A DNA stretch of 32,000 nt. It comes from Bigelowiella natans nucleomorph. Lineage: Eukaryota > Protista > Cercozoa. The stretch spans positions 90,001-122,000 of the forward strand of contig DQ158857.1 of NCBI GenBank assembly GCA_000002455.1, in the 5' to 3' direction. Shown piece after piece: positions 22,342 through 32,000 of the stretch (positions are counted from its first letter, which is position 1; each line of letters opens with the position of its first letter). The translations under genes and the position numbers were made by a program. Below the pieces are notes generated by a model. The model was not told the origin of the DNA and did no database searches. It saw only the letters and a list, made by a program, of their open reading frames with translations.

Positions 22342-22773
22342 ATGAATGATCTTAATTCAAAAATACCAGGTTATTTGAAAAAAATCCCCTGGTACTCAAA
22401 GCAAGATAATAATAAAAATACACACATTTTTAAGAACTTTTATAAAACATATACTTTACCCAAATACGTAGGTACAATAAGAGAAAAATCAACAAATGAT
22501 CAAAAAAATAAGAATATCAAAATAACACCCTTTTTTAATCTATTAAACCATTATACTTTTAAAAAAACCAAAGTTTATAAATCAAATAAACAACTTATAG
22601 CTTTCAGATCTTTTTTAAATGTAAAATCTCTCAATAATAATCATTATAAAATGAGAAAATTTATCCATACCACTCCTTTAGAGAAAAAAAAAAATAAGTT
22701 ACAATACAACAAAACACCACTTTTATTCATCAAGAAACTACGTTTCCTCTATGCACCTATACATAATAGCTAA
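22342..22773 (+). CDS. slu7: Slu7-like second-step splicing factor, N-terminal portion only
   Basis: DLNSKIPGYLKKIPWY corresponds to Slu7 DINPHIPQYISSVPWY. 143 aa, no zinc knuckle. Confidence 0.7.
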   Translation: MNDLNSKIPGYLKKIPWYSKQDNNKNTHIFKNFYKTYTLPKYVGTIREKSTNDQKNKNIKITPFFNLLNHYTFKKTKVYKSNKQLIAFRSFLNVKSLNNNHYKMRKFIHTTPLEKKKNKLQYNKTPLLFIKKLRFLYAPIHNS

Positions 22774-22844
22774 AAAAATCACTTTAAACAAACTTTTGAA
22801 TTTAATGCTATGAACATAATTGATAAATTAAGAGTTATATCACG

Positions 22845-22916
22845 GTGGATATGGTTTAATGGATAAAACATCACATTGTGGTTGTGAAAATCCGGGTTCG
22901 ATTCCCAGTATCCACA
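22845..22916 (+). tRNA. trnH-GUG: tRNA-His(GUG)
   Basis: GUGGAUA UG GUUUAAUGGAUAAAAC A UCACA UU GUG GU UGUGA AAAU CCGGG UUCGAUU CCCAG UAUCCAC A. A G precedes position +1 (22844). Confidence 0.92.
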
Positions 22917-22952
22917 CTAAAACTGTTGTATAACTTAAAACCATTAGATAAT

Positions 22953-23327
22953 ATGAATAAAAGAAAAGGTGCTGGTAATCCAAATGAAATTGTTCTTTTT
23001 ATGTGTGGAGCTATGGTAATTAAAAATAAATTAGTTCTCATTTATTTTAACAAGAATCAATGATAAATCTTCAATTAATACATCTAGAAGCTATTCTACA
23101 AAGTAAACAAAAGAAAAAAAGTCGCGATACCTTAATTAATTTATGCAATGAAGCAATGATTCAAATACAAAGCTTATCTGGAGAACAGCCAAGCTCGACC
23201 GAAGTATACTTTTTCAATATAGTTTAATCTTAAAAAAACTAATCTATCCATTGAAAAACAGTGGACCGATTCACTTTCATGGAAAAGGTACAAAAGCGTT
23301 ATTATAGATGGAAACAACAAAGAGTAA
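22953..23327 (+). CDS. Small hypothetical protein (about 105 aa) with three 19-nt introns
   Basis: Removing 23016-23034, 23103-23121 and 23204-23222 yields a continuous MNKRKGAGNPNEIVLFMCGAMFSFILTR...QWTDSLSWKRYKSVIIDGNNKE*. Confidence 0.7.
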
Positions 23328-23391
23328 GTAATCCAGAATGGTATGTTTAATATTAATGCTTTCCTTTTTAATTTTTTTTTGAATTAATTAA

Positions 23392-24483
23392 ATGATAAAT
23401 AATTCTTGCCATAAAGCATCTAAAAGAAATATTGGATTAATGGAATTACAAGTCTCTTTTTACTTGATAGAAATTAGGTATCTCAGATCTAGATATTCAA
23501 AAATTAATTGATAACGGTATTTTTACTATCAATTCATTAGCAAAAGCTTCTAAGAAAGAATTATATTCTATAAAAGGACTGAATGATCGTAAAGCTGAAA
23601 AAATTTTGTCTTTAGGTAAAGATATTGACAAAAGCTAAAAAAAGGGTTCCTGTAGGATTCTCAACACTAAAAAATTATTTAAAAACAAAGAAACAGCAAT
23701 TTCACATTTCTACTCTTAATAAAACGATTGATAATTTATTAGAGGGTAATCTTTAAACATTTAGGCGGTATTGAATCATCATCAGTAACTGAAATTTTCG
23801 GCGAGAGTAAAACTGGAAAAACCCAATTTTGCCATATTCTATGCGTAAGTGCAATGGTATGGATAATTTACATAGGTTGATAACTATTCTTTTGTTCAAA
23901 CTAAGAAAGTCATTTATATAGACACAGAAGGTAATTTTAGACCAGAAAGGCTAATCGAAATATCTGAAAAGTACAATTTAATAATTCAAGATTTAAAATA
24001 AATTTTGATTTTTTAATAAACAATGTCTTCTATGCTAGAGCCTTCAATACTGAGCATCAATTTCAATTATTAGTAGCAGCTGCATCCATAACTGCCTTTT
24101 CAAATGTGGCTCTAATAATAGTAGATAGTTGTACGGCACTATTGCGGACAGAATATGTCGGTCGAGGTGAACTGTTTTTACGTCAAACCTTACTTGGAAA
24201 ATTTCTCAGAAACATACAAAGACTTGGCGAGGAATGCAATATTGCTATTTTGCTTACAAATCAGGTCGTAACCAGTAATCTCGATGGTATGACGTTTTCG
24301 GCTGCCTCAAACCTAAAACCTATTGGAGGACATATAATGGCTCATTATACTAATACTAGAATATGGTTAAAGAAACGAACCAGTCAATATAATGTGATGA
24401 AAGTAATATCATCATCCAAATTAAGTGAGAAAGAGGTGAAATTTATTATCCAAAATACTGGTTTGCGTGTTGTAAGTGAATGA
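23392..24483 (+). CDS. rad51: RAD51 recombinase
   Basis: N-terminal HhH ([22 protein letters not shown]), Walker [34 protein letters not shown] (RAD51 rather than DMC1 residues). Several 19-nt introns, e.g. 23452-23470. Confidence 0.9.
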
Positions 24484-24523
24484 TGATTATTTAACAAATT
24501 GATTAAGTACTAAAATTAGAAAT

Positions 24524-24814
24524 ATGTATAAAATTAAATATTATATCAAAAAACAAAAAATGATTAATAGAAAAAACGAAGCTTTATTGAAAAATAGTTC
24601 ACAAAACGATAATTTAATAATTTCGATTAAAAAGAAAAAAAAAACCAAGAATCTTAATTTATATTTTATAAAAAATAATTTTAAAAGAAATTTGAGAAAA
24701 AGTATAATAAACAATATTCTTGACAAAGATTTCATGTTATGCAAAGATTTCAATGATTTTGGTATTTGTTCTTATGGAAACACATGTAAATTCCTGCACT
24801 GCTCAGACCGATAA
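24524..24814 (+). CDS. cwc24: Cwc24/RNF113-like CCCH zinc-finger protein without the RING domain
   Basis: CKDFNDFGICSYGNTCKFLH corresponds to Cwc24 [20 protein letters not shown]. The stop follows almost immediately. Confidence 0.75.
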   Translation: MYKIKYYIKKQKMINRKNEALLKNSSQNDNLIISIKKKKKTKNLNLYFIKNNFKRNLRKSIINNILDKDFMLCKDFNDFGICSYGNTCKFLHCSDR

Positions 24815-24861
24815 AATTTCTAAATTGCTGATTACTGTTATACCTGTGATTAAAATTATCA

Positions 24862-25155
24862 ATGAAAAATTACATAAAAATTTGGATCGAAGGAGAGAAT
24901 TACACAATTGGTAATATTTTAGAATTTTATATAAAGAAAAAGTAAAAATATATAAAAAGTATATTAATTGAAAATGTAAGTTTCGAAATGCTACATCCAC
25001 TAAAGAATATTCTATGCGCTTCAATTAAAACTAAATGTTAGCATTATTCAAAAAGGTGACATCAATATAACTTTAATTCTAATGAAAATATTTAATTCCA
25101 TTATAAGCGTGATAAGCAATATAGTAAGGGAGTTTTTAGAAAATATTATAACTAA
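24862..25155 (+). CDS. RNA polymerase RpoL-family subunit (RPB11, or its paralog AC19)
   Basis: Spliced MKNYIKIWIEGENYTIGNILEFYIKK|NILIENVSFEMLHPLKNILCASIKTK|CD.. matches EDHTLGN...HPL. Introns at 24942-24959 (18 nt) and near 25037-25055. Missed by the ORF track. Confidence 0.8.
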
Positions 25156-25179
25156 TAACAATTATAAGTAGGTAATTAA

Positions 25180-28100
25180 ATGAATATTCTCAAAAACAAT
25201 AGAGTACTACAATTATTAACAACATTCTTTAGAGGTAATAGCATAATCAAACAACAAATTATATCCTTTAATGACTTTATTAGAAAAGAAAGTCAACACA
25301 TAATTGACAAAATACCAAACTTAGTCATTCAAATATCTTATAAAAACTCGAATAAAATTGTGAATAGAATTCTCTTATTAAAACAACTTTATACGGAAAA
25401 ACCAAGGATAATAAAAACCAGAGAACTATACAATTTAGTTGAACCATCTTACGATGAAGGAGAATTAAATATTTCACCTAATAAGTCACGTTTAAGGAAT
25501 ATAACGTAACCCTTTCTTTTATAGTTATTCATCTAAAGTCAGAATACAAGTATTCGATGAAATAACTGATAAGCATGATGCAAATTTGAAAAAAAAGGTC
25601 GTTAATAAGTCTAAAAAATTTATTTATATCGGAAAAGTTCTAATAAATTGTTTAGTTTCCATGTATGATAAAATCAGATACTTGCTATCTTAATAATTTT
25701 TCAGAAATTAGTCTAGCTAGAAATGACGAATGCCCTTTTGACGAAGGTGGATATTTCATAATAAATGGAAATGAAAAAGTACTGGTTGCTCAAGAAAGGT
25801 TAGTAAAAAACAAAGTTTATATTTTTTCTAAAATATTTGATAAAAAGACCCGTGTAATGGCCCAATGTAGGTAACATTCTTTTTCAAAGATCATATGATT
25901 CAAGTCTTTATAATCAAGGTTATATGGTTTATCTGAAATTAGTAACAGATAAGTCCAATAATCCAAATCAATGCTCTGAAATTACTGTAAAAATAGCTAG
26001 CTTAAGAGCAGAGATTCCTTTAGTGATCTTATTAAAATTTCTAGGCTTTAAAGTATCTTTAATCTTAATAGAATGATAAGGAAATTATTAATTCAATTTT
26101 TAAAAATAATTCTAATTCTAAAAAATTAAACATGCTGTATAACTCTTTCTTAGGAGTTACAAAGGTACAAACGATTAGTCACGCTTTAAGGTATATCGTT
26201 GATAGATCTTTTTCTAAAAGTAATAATAAAAAGCTTGACCCAGAAAAAACAGCCAGGTAGATATATTGCTCATAGGGAAATAATAGATAAAAAACTATTG
26301 CCTCATATGGGTACGTCAATAAATAGTCGGTTTAGAAAAGGACTTTTTATTTGTTACATGGCACATAGACTAATAAACACATTAAACGAAATTGAACAAC
26401 CCGATGATAAAGATAGTTACAAAAATAAAAGAGTTGATATTTCTGGTCACTTATTTTCATCTCTATTTAATAATTTAATCAAACGATCTATTAAAGTTTC
26501 CCTTTTTCTAATAGGATGTAAAGAATCAATTATTGAAAAAGGTAAAAAAATCAGACGCGACTGAGTTAGAAGAGTTATTTTCTTCAAATATCCTAACGAA
26601 TGGTTTTCGCTACTCTTTAGCTACAGGAAATTGGATTATTGATGGAATGCTTGATTATAAAACAGGTGTTTCACAAGTATTGAATAGGATGTCGTATTTA
26701 TCCATGATTTCCCACTTGAGTAGACTGAATTCATCTTATACAAGCAACGGAAAGATACTAGATATAAGAAGAGTCCACACAAGTTACTGGGGTATTGTAT
26801 GCCCTGTAGAAACCCCAGAAGGACAGACTTGTGGAATAGTAAAAAATTTTGCTTTTCTAGCACACGTAACAAATTCTCATCATATTCAAAAAAATATAAT
26901 TCAATTTCTTAAGAAAATAATGATAAAAAACTCTTTTACTAAGCCGATGATTAAAACTAAAAAAGATAAACCTGATATTAGTATTTTTGTAAATGGTTCT
27001 TGGATAGGTAATACTTTCGAATACTTTTCATTAATGAAATACCTAATCACTCTACGTCGGCAAGAAATTATTCCATTCGATGTAAGTATAGTTTTTAATG
27101 AAAAAAATAAAAGAATTTTTATATGGAGCGATCCAGGAAGAATAAAAAGACCTCTATTTGTTTTGAAGAATTCTAATTCTTTTTTTAACCACTCTATTGA
27201 AAAAATAGCAAAAAAGATAAAAGATAATTTCCACAGATGGTACTTTTATATAAAGAATTCTATTGTGGAATATCTCGATACCGAAGAAATAGAAAATATT
27301 GTTATAAAGCTTAATTATTATAATAATACCGAGTTAATCGTTGATCAAACCCAAATTTATAAAAAAATGATAAATTTTTCCGAAATTCATGCATCTTCTA
27401 TCCTTGGAGTCAGTGCTTCACAGGTTCCTTTTTCTCAACACAACCAATCACCCAGAAATACGTATCAGAGCTCTATGGGTAAGCAAGCAATAGGAATAAA
27501 TTATAGTAACTTTCAATTGAGGTATGATACACAAATCAACATCTTAGAATCTAATCAAAGACCATTAGTTTTTACGATACAAAAATTATGTCTACGAGGA
27601 CAAGAAATGCCCTCGGGTATCAACACTATAATGGCTATATTAAGTTATTCTGGTTTTAATCAAGAAGATTCTTTAATAATTAATCATTCAAGCGTTGAAA
27701 GAGGGTTGTTTCGTACAATTATTTATAAGACTTTTGCAGAAAGAGAGAACACAAACGTGAATGGCATTATTGAAAAAATAGAGTTAGGTATTTAATTTAT
27801 TAAATAGAATCAAAGTCTTCTAACTTATTTGGACTTGACATAGACGGAACTAGAAAAATAGAAACATTAGTAAACGGAGATGATGTTCTCATTTCAAAAA
27901 CAATTAAACTTACCGGTAAAGGTGATACAAAAGTTAATACCATTCATAGCGACTTGAAATTACCATTGAACAGTCAAGGAGTAGTTGACTCCATAATGTA
28001 TAGTCTTGATGAGGGTGGTTATAAAATCATAAAAGTTAGAGTAATTCAATTTTTTATAGATTAGATCCATTAGAGAACCTGTCATTGGTGATAAATTTTC

Positions 28101-28832
28101 TAGTTTACATGGTCAAAAAGGGATTATCGGGTATTCCTATCGTCAAAGTTTACTTCCAACGACTGCTACGTCAGTAACCCCTGATTTAATAATGAATCCA
28201 CATGCTATACCCTCGAGAATGACTATAGGTCATATGATAGAAATGCTTATGTCGAAGGTATCCTCCCATAGTGGTAAATTAGGAGATGCTACTGCGTTTA
28301 GTGAGGGCAATATTGGTAAAATTATAGGGCATTTAAGCAAGTATTTAGATTATTAAAAAGGTTTGGTATTCATCATTTTGGATTAGAAAAAATGATAAGT
28401 GGATTTAATGGAGACATTCTCCAAAAATCAATCCTAGTCGGTCCTATTTATTATCAAAGACTAAAACATATGGTAGTCGATAAGTTTTTCAGTAGATCTA
28501 GAGGACCATACGAAATATTAACCAGACAACCAGTAGAGGGTAAAACCCGAGAGGGCGGTTTACGATTCGGTGAGATGGAAAGAGATTGCGTTTTAAGTCA
28601 CGGATCATCTTTGTTTTTAAAAGAAAGACTAATGGACGAATCAGATAAATTTCGAGTACATATATGTGAAAAAAGTGGCCTATTCTGTCCAGCTAATTTA
28701 AAAACCCAAACCTTTTGGAGTACCATTTATCACAGCAAATCTATTTGTCAAATTTTTATTCCATATGCTTGTAAGCTTTTGTTTCAGGAATTAATAGCTA
28801 TGTGCATAGCACCACGACTGGTTGTTAAATAA
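25180..28832 (+). CDS. rpb2: RNA polymerase II second-largest subunit
   Basis: ECPFDEGGYFIINGNEKVLVAQE, RYSLATGNW, CPVETPEGQTCGIVKN, HNQSPRNTYQS, GFNQEDS, NPHAIPSRMTIG, YYQRLKHMV, GGLRFGEMERD, PYACKLLFQEL. Many short introns. Confidence 0.95.
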
Positions 28833-28878
28833 TTAATCTAATAAGGTTATAACAATTGAAAATATTTGACCTAAATTA

Positions 28879-30566
28879 ATGTTCAAGTCTCTAAGAAGCG
28901 GTATTTGGAAAAACACAGAAGTAAGAAAATCATCTATAGGACCAAATTTTAAAAGCAGCTGTAATGAAATACGGTCTAAATCAATGGGATAGAATATCTT
29001 CGCTATTAATTAATAAAACCGCCAAACAATGTAAAAGTAGATGGTTTTTTTACTTAAATCCCAAGATAAATCGAAAAGGTTGGACATTTGACGAAGACGA
29101 AAGGTTAATATATCTTGCGTTTATTTTGCCATCGCAGTGGAATACTATTGCACCTTTGATTGGTAGAACAACAGATCAGTGCTTCGATAGATTCCAAAAA
29201 CTAATGTAAGAAAAAAATTATAGTAATATCAAAACAAATAACACTGTTACAAAGTCCATTAATTTAGACCCAAGAGAATCAATTTTAAAAGATTTTAATA
29301 CTAACCTAGAAACCAAGATTGCCGTCAAGGACAACATAATCAATGATTACGAAATGCAAAATATATTAGTCGAAGCTAGAGCTCGTTTAGCTAATACTAA
29401 AGGTACACTTTTAAGTCCTAGGAAAGAAGGCTATCAGAAAAGCCAAAAGTCTAAACAATTATTTTTCAAACTTCATCCAAGCAGAAAAAGTATCTTCAAG
29501 TTTACTAAGTGTAAAAGCTTCTGATACTAGAAGTAAAACCTTATTTACTTACTATGATAATTTACCCAACAAAAATCAAAAAATTAATTTACGGATAAAG
29601 TTCGCATTAATAAAATAAGGCAATTGATAAAAGCAACTTACAAATCAAGACCAAGAAATACTCGAAATATTAAAAAACTTAACAAAAATAGTAATTTAAT
29701 AAATATATTGATGTCCATTGATTCTAGTAATATTACTAATCTCTCAACTAATAAACTAAGATGCTTTTCAAATATTAATAGGAAATCAAATCTTCAACTT
29801 CACGCATTACCATCAACTAAATTTGTAAACATTACTTCTTCAAAATACCGTCAATTCACAATGAACGGAAACATCAGTTTGTTTCAAAGAAAAAAAAGTT
29901 TACTGGTAAAAAAACCTTTCCCGATTAACAAAGTAGTACAAAAGAGTTTAAAAAACATGGATTTTTCACTCAGAATTCGAAAAAATAATATTATTTTACG
30001 AAAATTAGAAAAATTTCCTTTTTTTATAAGGTTGCAAAATTATTTTAATAAAACCTATCATTGCAACAAATATTATGATAAAATATCTATTCAAAGACAG
30101 GAAGCTCTTCATCAGAACGTTAACCAAACAGTTACTCGGTTAATAAATGCTTTTTCTCATGATGAGGTATCTAGTAATAACCAAACTACATACTCAATAT
30201 CATTAAATAAAGAACTACATCGAAGGAACTTGAAATCGCTTAACACGTTAAATAAAAAAAAATAGGGAACTTTTTACAATTGTAATTGTAAGAAATTTAT
30301 TTTCCACTTTATTATTTAGCATCTTACGAATAAAAAATAATATAGAACATAAGACTTTTCACTCTTTTTACGAAGTTTTTTATCCATTTTTAAAAAACCA
30401 AATAACTTTTAAAATTCAAAGGTTCGTTAAATTACTTTTCTTATTTAATACTGTTTCCAGACTATCAAATTTAGAAATACACAAAATTAATAAATTTAGC
30501 AAGTATTTTAATCAATATTATATAAATTATATTGAAAATAAAAATTATGATTTGTATAAATCATAA
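28879..30566 (+). CDS. cdc5: CDC5/Cef1 Myb-domain splicing factor
   Basis: GIWKNTE|DQILKAAVMKYGLNQWDRISSLL..KQCKSRW..QWNTIAPLIGRT..EARARLANTK|GKKA. Introns include 28921-28939 and 30247-30265; the latter opens a further exon to the TAA at 30564-30566. Confidence 0.92.
28921..28939 (+). other. Representative 19-nt GT-AG spliceosomal intron (one of dozens in the window)
   Basis: gtaagaaaatcatctatag interrupts the conserved WKNTE|DQIL of CDC5, and its removal restores the frame. Confidence 0.95.
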
Positions 30567-30623
30567 TTGTTCTTCCTTTGCTCTTAATTAAAATAACTTA
30601 ATCAATTTATGATAAAGAAACAA

Positions 30624-30954
30624 TTAATCAATTCTTAGAGATTTGTTTTCCGTTTTTAAAAATTTTATCAAAAGTCTTTTATAAAATAACCTTACTTTTG
30701 TTTAACTATTTTATGATGTATTTCCTTACCATAGATCCTAGATAATCGGGGTTTCTTATTACTCGTCTATAAATGAAAAATAAACCGGTATGTCTTTATT
30801 CGTATATTTGCACTTGTTAGAGGTTCTTAGCTTTTTTATATATTTTGCTACATACTTTCCACCTAAAACTGATCAAAATACTTGGACTCTTTTTTATAAT
30901 AAATTTATTACTATTCGTTTTGTACGTTTTTCTTTTTTTTAAAGTTATTCTCAT
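30624..30954 (-). CDS. rpl34: 60S ribosomal protein L34 (eL34)
   Basis: Spliced MRITLKKRKTYKTNSNKFIIKKSP|SGKYVAKYIKK...PRLSRIYGKEIHHKIVKQ|KLLIKFLKTE matches eL34 (SYNTASNK..TPG...VSRAYGG). Three 19-20 nt introns. Confidence 0.88.
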
Positions 30955-30999
30955 TAAATCAAAAGTAGTTTAAAAGTTACCATATCCGTTTAGTATATA

Positions 31000-31628
31000 A
31001 TGGAAGAAACCATCAACTTAATCAAAACAAATACTAAAACCATGAAAGGCGGAGCCTTCCCAGAATGCCACTTAATTCAAAACTTATTTATCAAATTCTT
31101 TGTGTTAAATAATAGAACTCATTCCCACATAGTATCTCGAAGTTTTAACTTAAAAAATAGATAAAAGTATCGAGTATAAAATAAAACAGTTATACAATAA
31201 TAGACTTTTACTAAAGGAAACCAAAATTATGATTAATAAAAATTTAGCAAATAATTTTGGTAATCTTCACATGGATAAAAAATTCCAAAAGTATATAAAA
31301 TTTACTCATTGTGTATAAAAATTATTAACAGGGATCTACTCGCATCATCAAGTTAATCTCAAAGCAAAAAGATGTTTTACATTATTTTCAAAAAGATAAA
31401 ATAAAAAAACACTTATTGTATTCAATGTCACAACAAACCAACCAGAAGAATAAAGTAGAGAATAAAAAAAAATCATTGGCTATTCCCAAGGCCATATCAA
31501 ATTGGAAAAACCCAAGAGGTTTTAGTATTCCATTACATCATCGAAACAATGCATTGAACGAAGTAAAAATAAATTTAAACCAAAAATTCATATATCTTTC
31601 CAACGTTATTGATTTATTAGATAAATAA
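31000..31628 (+). CDS. prp45: SKIP/SNW1/Prp45 splicing factor, C-terminally truncated
   Basis: GGAFPECH (SKIP GGAFPEIH), YIKFT..RIIKLISKQKD and IPKAISNWKNPRGFSIPL. Two 19-nt introns, about 197 aa. Confidence 0.88.
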
Positions 31629-31637
31629 TAAATGATT

Positions 31638-31770
31638 AGCAAGGCCGAATTCCTTAATTGGTAAAGCCTTAGTAAAAATTGAGACGAGATTCTTTGAATC
31701 TCATAGCAACGGTTAAGTTGCTAAGAACAGATACTACACTTGATCTTAGCCAAAAGGCCGAGATAGGTAG
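31638..31770 (-). ncRNA. U2: U2 spliceosomal snRNA (short form; ends approximate)
   Basis: Reverse strand reads UACCUAUCUCGGCCUUUUGGCUAAGAUCAAGUGUAGUAUCUGUUCUU, then stem IIa UAGCAAC/GUUGCUA, stem IIb GAGAUUC/GAAUCUC, Sm site AAUUUUUA and one 3' stem AAGGC/GCCUU. Confidence 0.95.
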
Positions 31771-31856
31771 TTAAGACTCGATTTTTTTTATATAACTATA
31801 TATTTTAAATTTTTAATATTTAGTTAATTATTGATACTTTATACTTACTTCTATTC

Positions 31857-32000
31857 ATGTCTATGAAAGACAAGAAAAATATATCGTTAAAAAGTAACAA
31901 AGATAAAAGAAGAAAAGGTTCTTCTACAGTAATTAGATAGATTCAACAAGTCTTCTTTTAAAAATACTTTAAATATTCCACTATTTTTACGATCTATGAA
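31857..32000 (+). CDS. 5' part of probable 40S ribosomal protein S3a (eS1); runs off the window
   Basis: With the 19-nt intron gttcttctacagtaattag removed: MSMKDKKNISLKSNKDKRRK|DRFNKSSFKNTLNIPLFL, similar to eS1 [22 protein letters not shown]. Confidence 0.5.

Noticed and set aside
22878-23063. ORF 22878-23063 as annotated
   Set aside because: It starts inside tRNA-His and reads through an intron. The real gene starts at 22953.
23392-24483. DMC1 (meiosis-specific) assignment because of [10 protein letters not shown]
   Set aside because: KFLR, TNQV and the LDG..F segment fit RAD51 better. A phylogeny would settle it.
24720-24914. ORF 24720-24914, or a RING continuation of cwc24 (DYCYTCD after the stop)
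   Set aside because: No suitable GT..AG bridges the stops, and the downstream space is occupied by the RpoL-family gene.
800-31628. Fragmented ORFs read as pseudogenes, frameshifting or a reassigned genetic code
   Set aside because: The breaks I examined are repaired by 18-20 nt GT..AG introns, and TAA and TGA end conserved proteins at the expected positions.
1-32000. CRISPR arrays, transposons, rRNA or telomeric repeats
   Set aside because: No regularly spaced repeats, transposase motifs, rRNA-like GC-rich block or tandem telomere units were seen.

Overview
Very AT-rich, extremely gene-dense eukaryotic DNA. Housekeeping genes are broken by many 18-20 nt GT..AG introns (mostly 19 nt), and intronless plastid-type genes (Toc75/Omp85, ClpC) sit among them. 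This is the signature of a chlorarachniophyte nucleomorph chromosome (Bigelowiella-type; species not determinable from sequence alone). Manual splicing recovers, in order: prl1, a Bud31/G10-like gene, a degenerate MCM, toc75, rps30, a hypothetical, SerRS, a hypothetical, rpb5, tRNA-Tyr with a 7-nt intron, a circularly permuted tRNA-Ser(AGA), an 873-aa intronless ORFan, clpC, prp16, nip7, cwc15, a WD40 protein, slu7, tRNA-His, a 3-intron ORFan, rad51, cwc24, rpb11/AC19, rpb2, cdc5, rpl34, SKIP/prp45, U2 snRNA and the start of a probable rps3a. The most striking signals are the permuted tRNA-Ser only 4 nt from tRNA-Tyr (probable dicistronic precursor), a miniaturised spliceosome gene set with a shortened U2, an MCM lacking its catalytic motifs, a ClpC lacking the ClpP-docking loop, and repeated loss of zinc-binding sites. 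All protein identities come from motif recognition by eye, not database searches.
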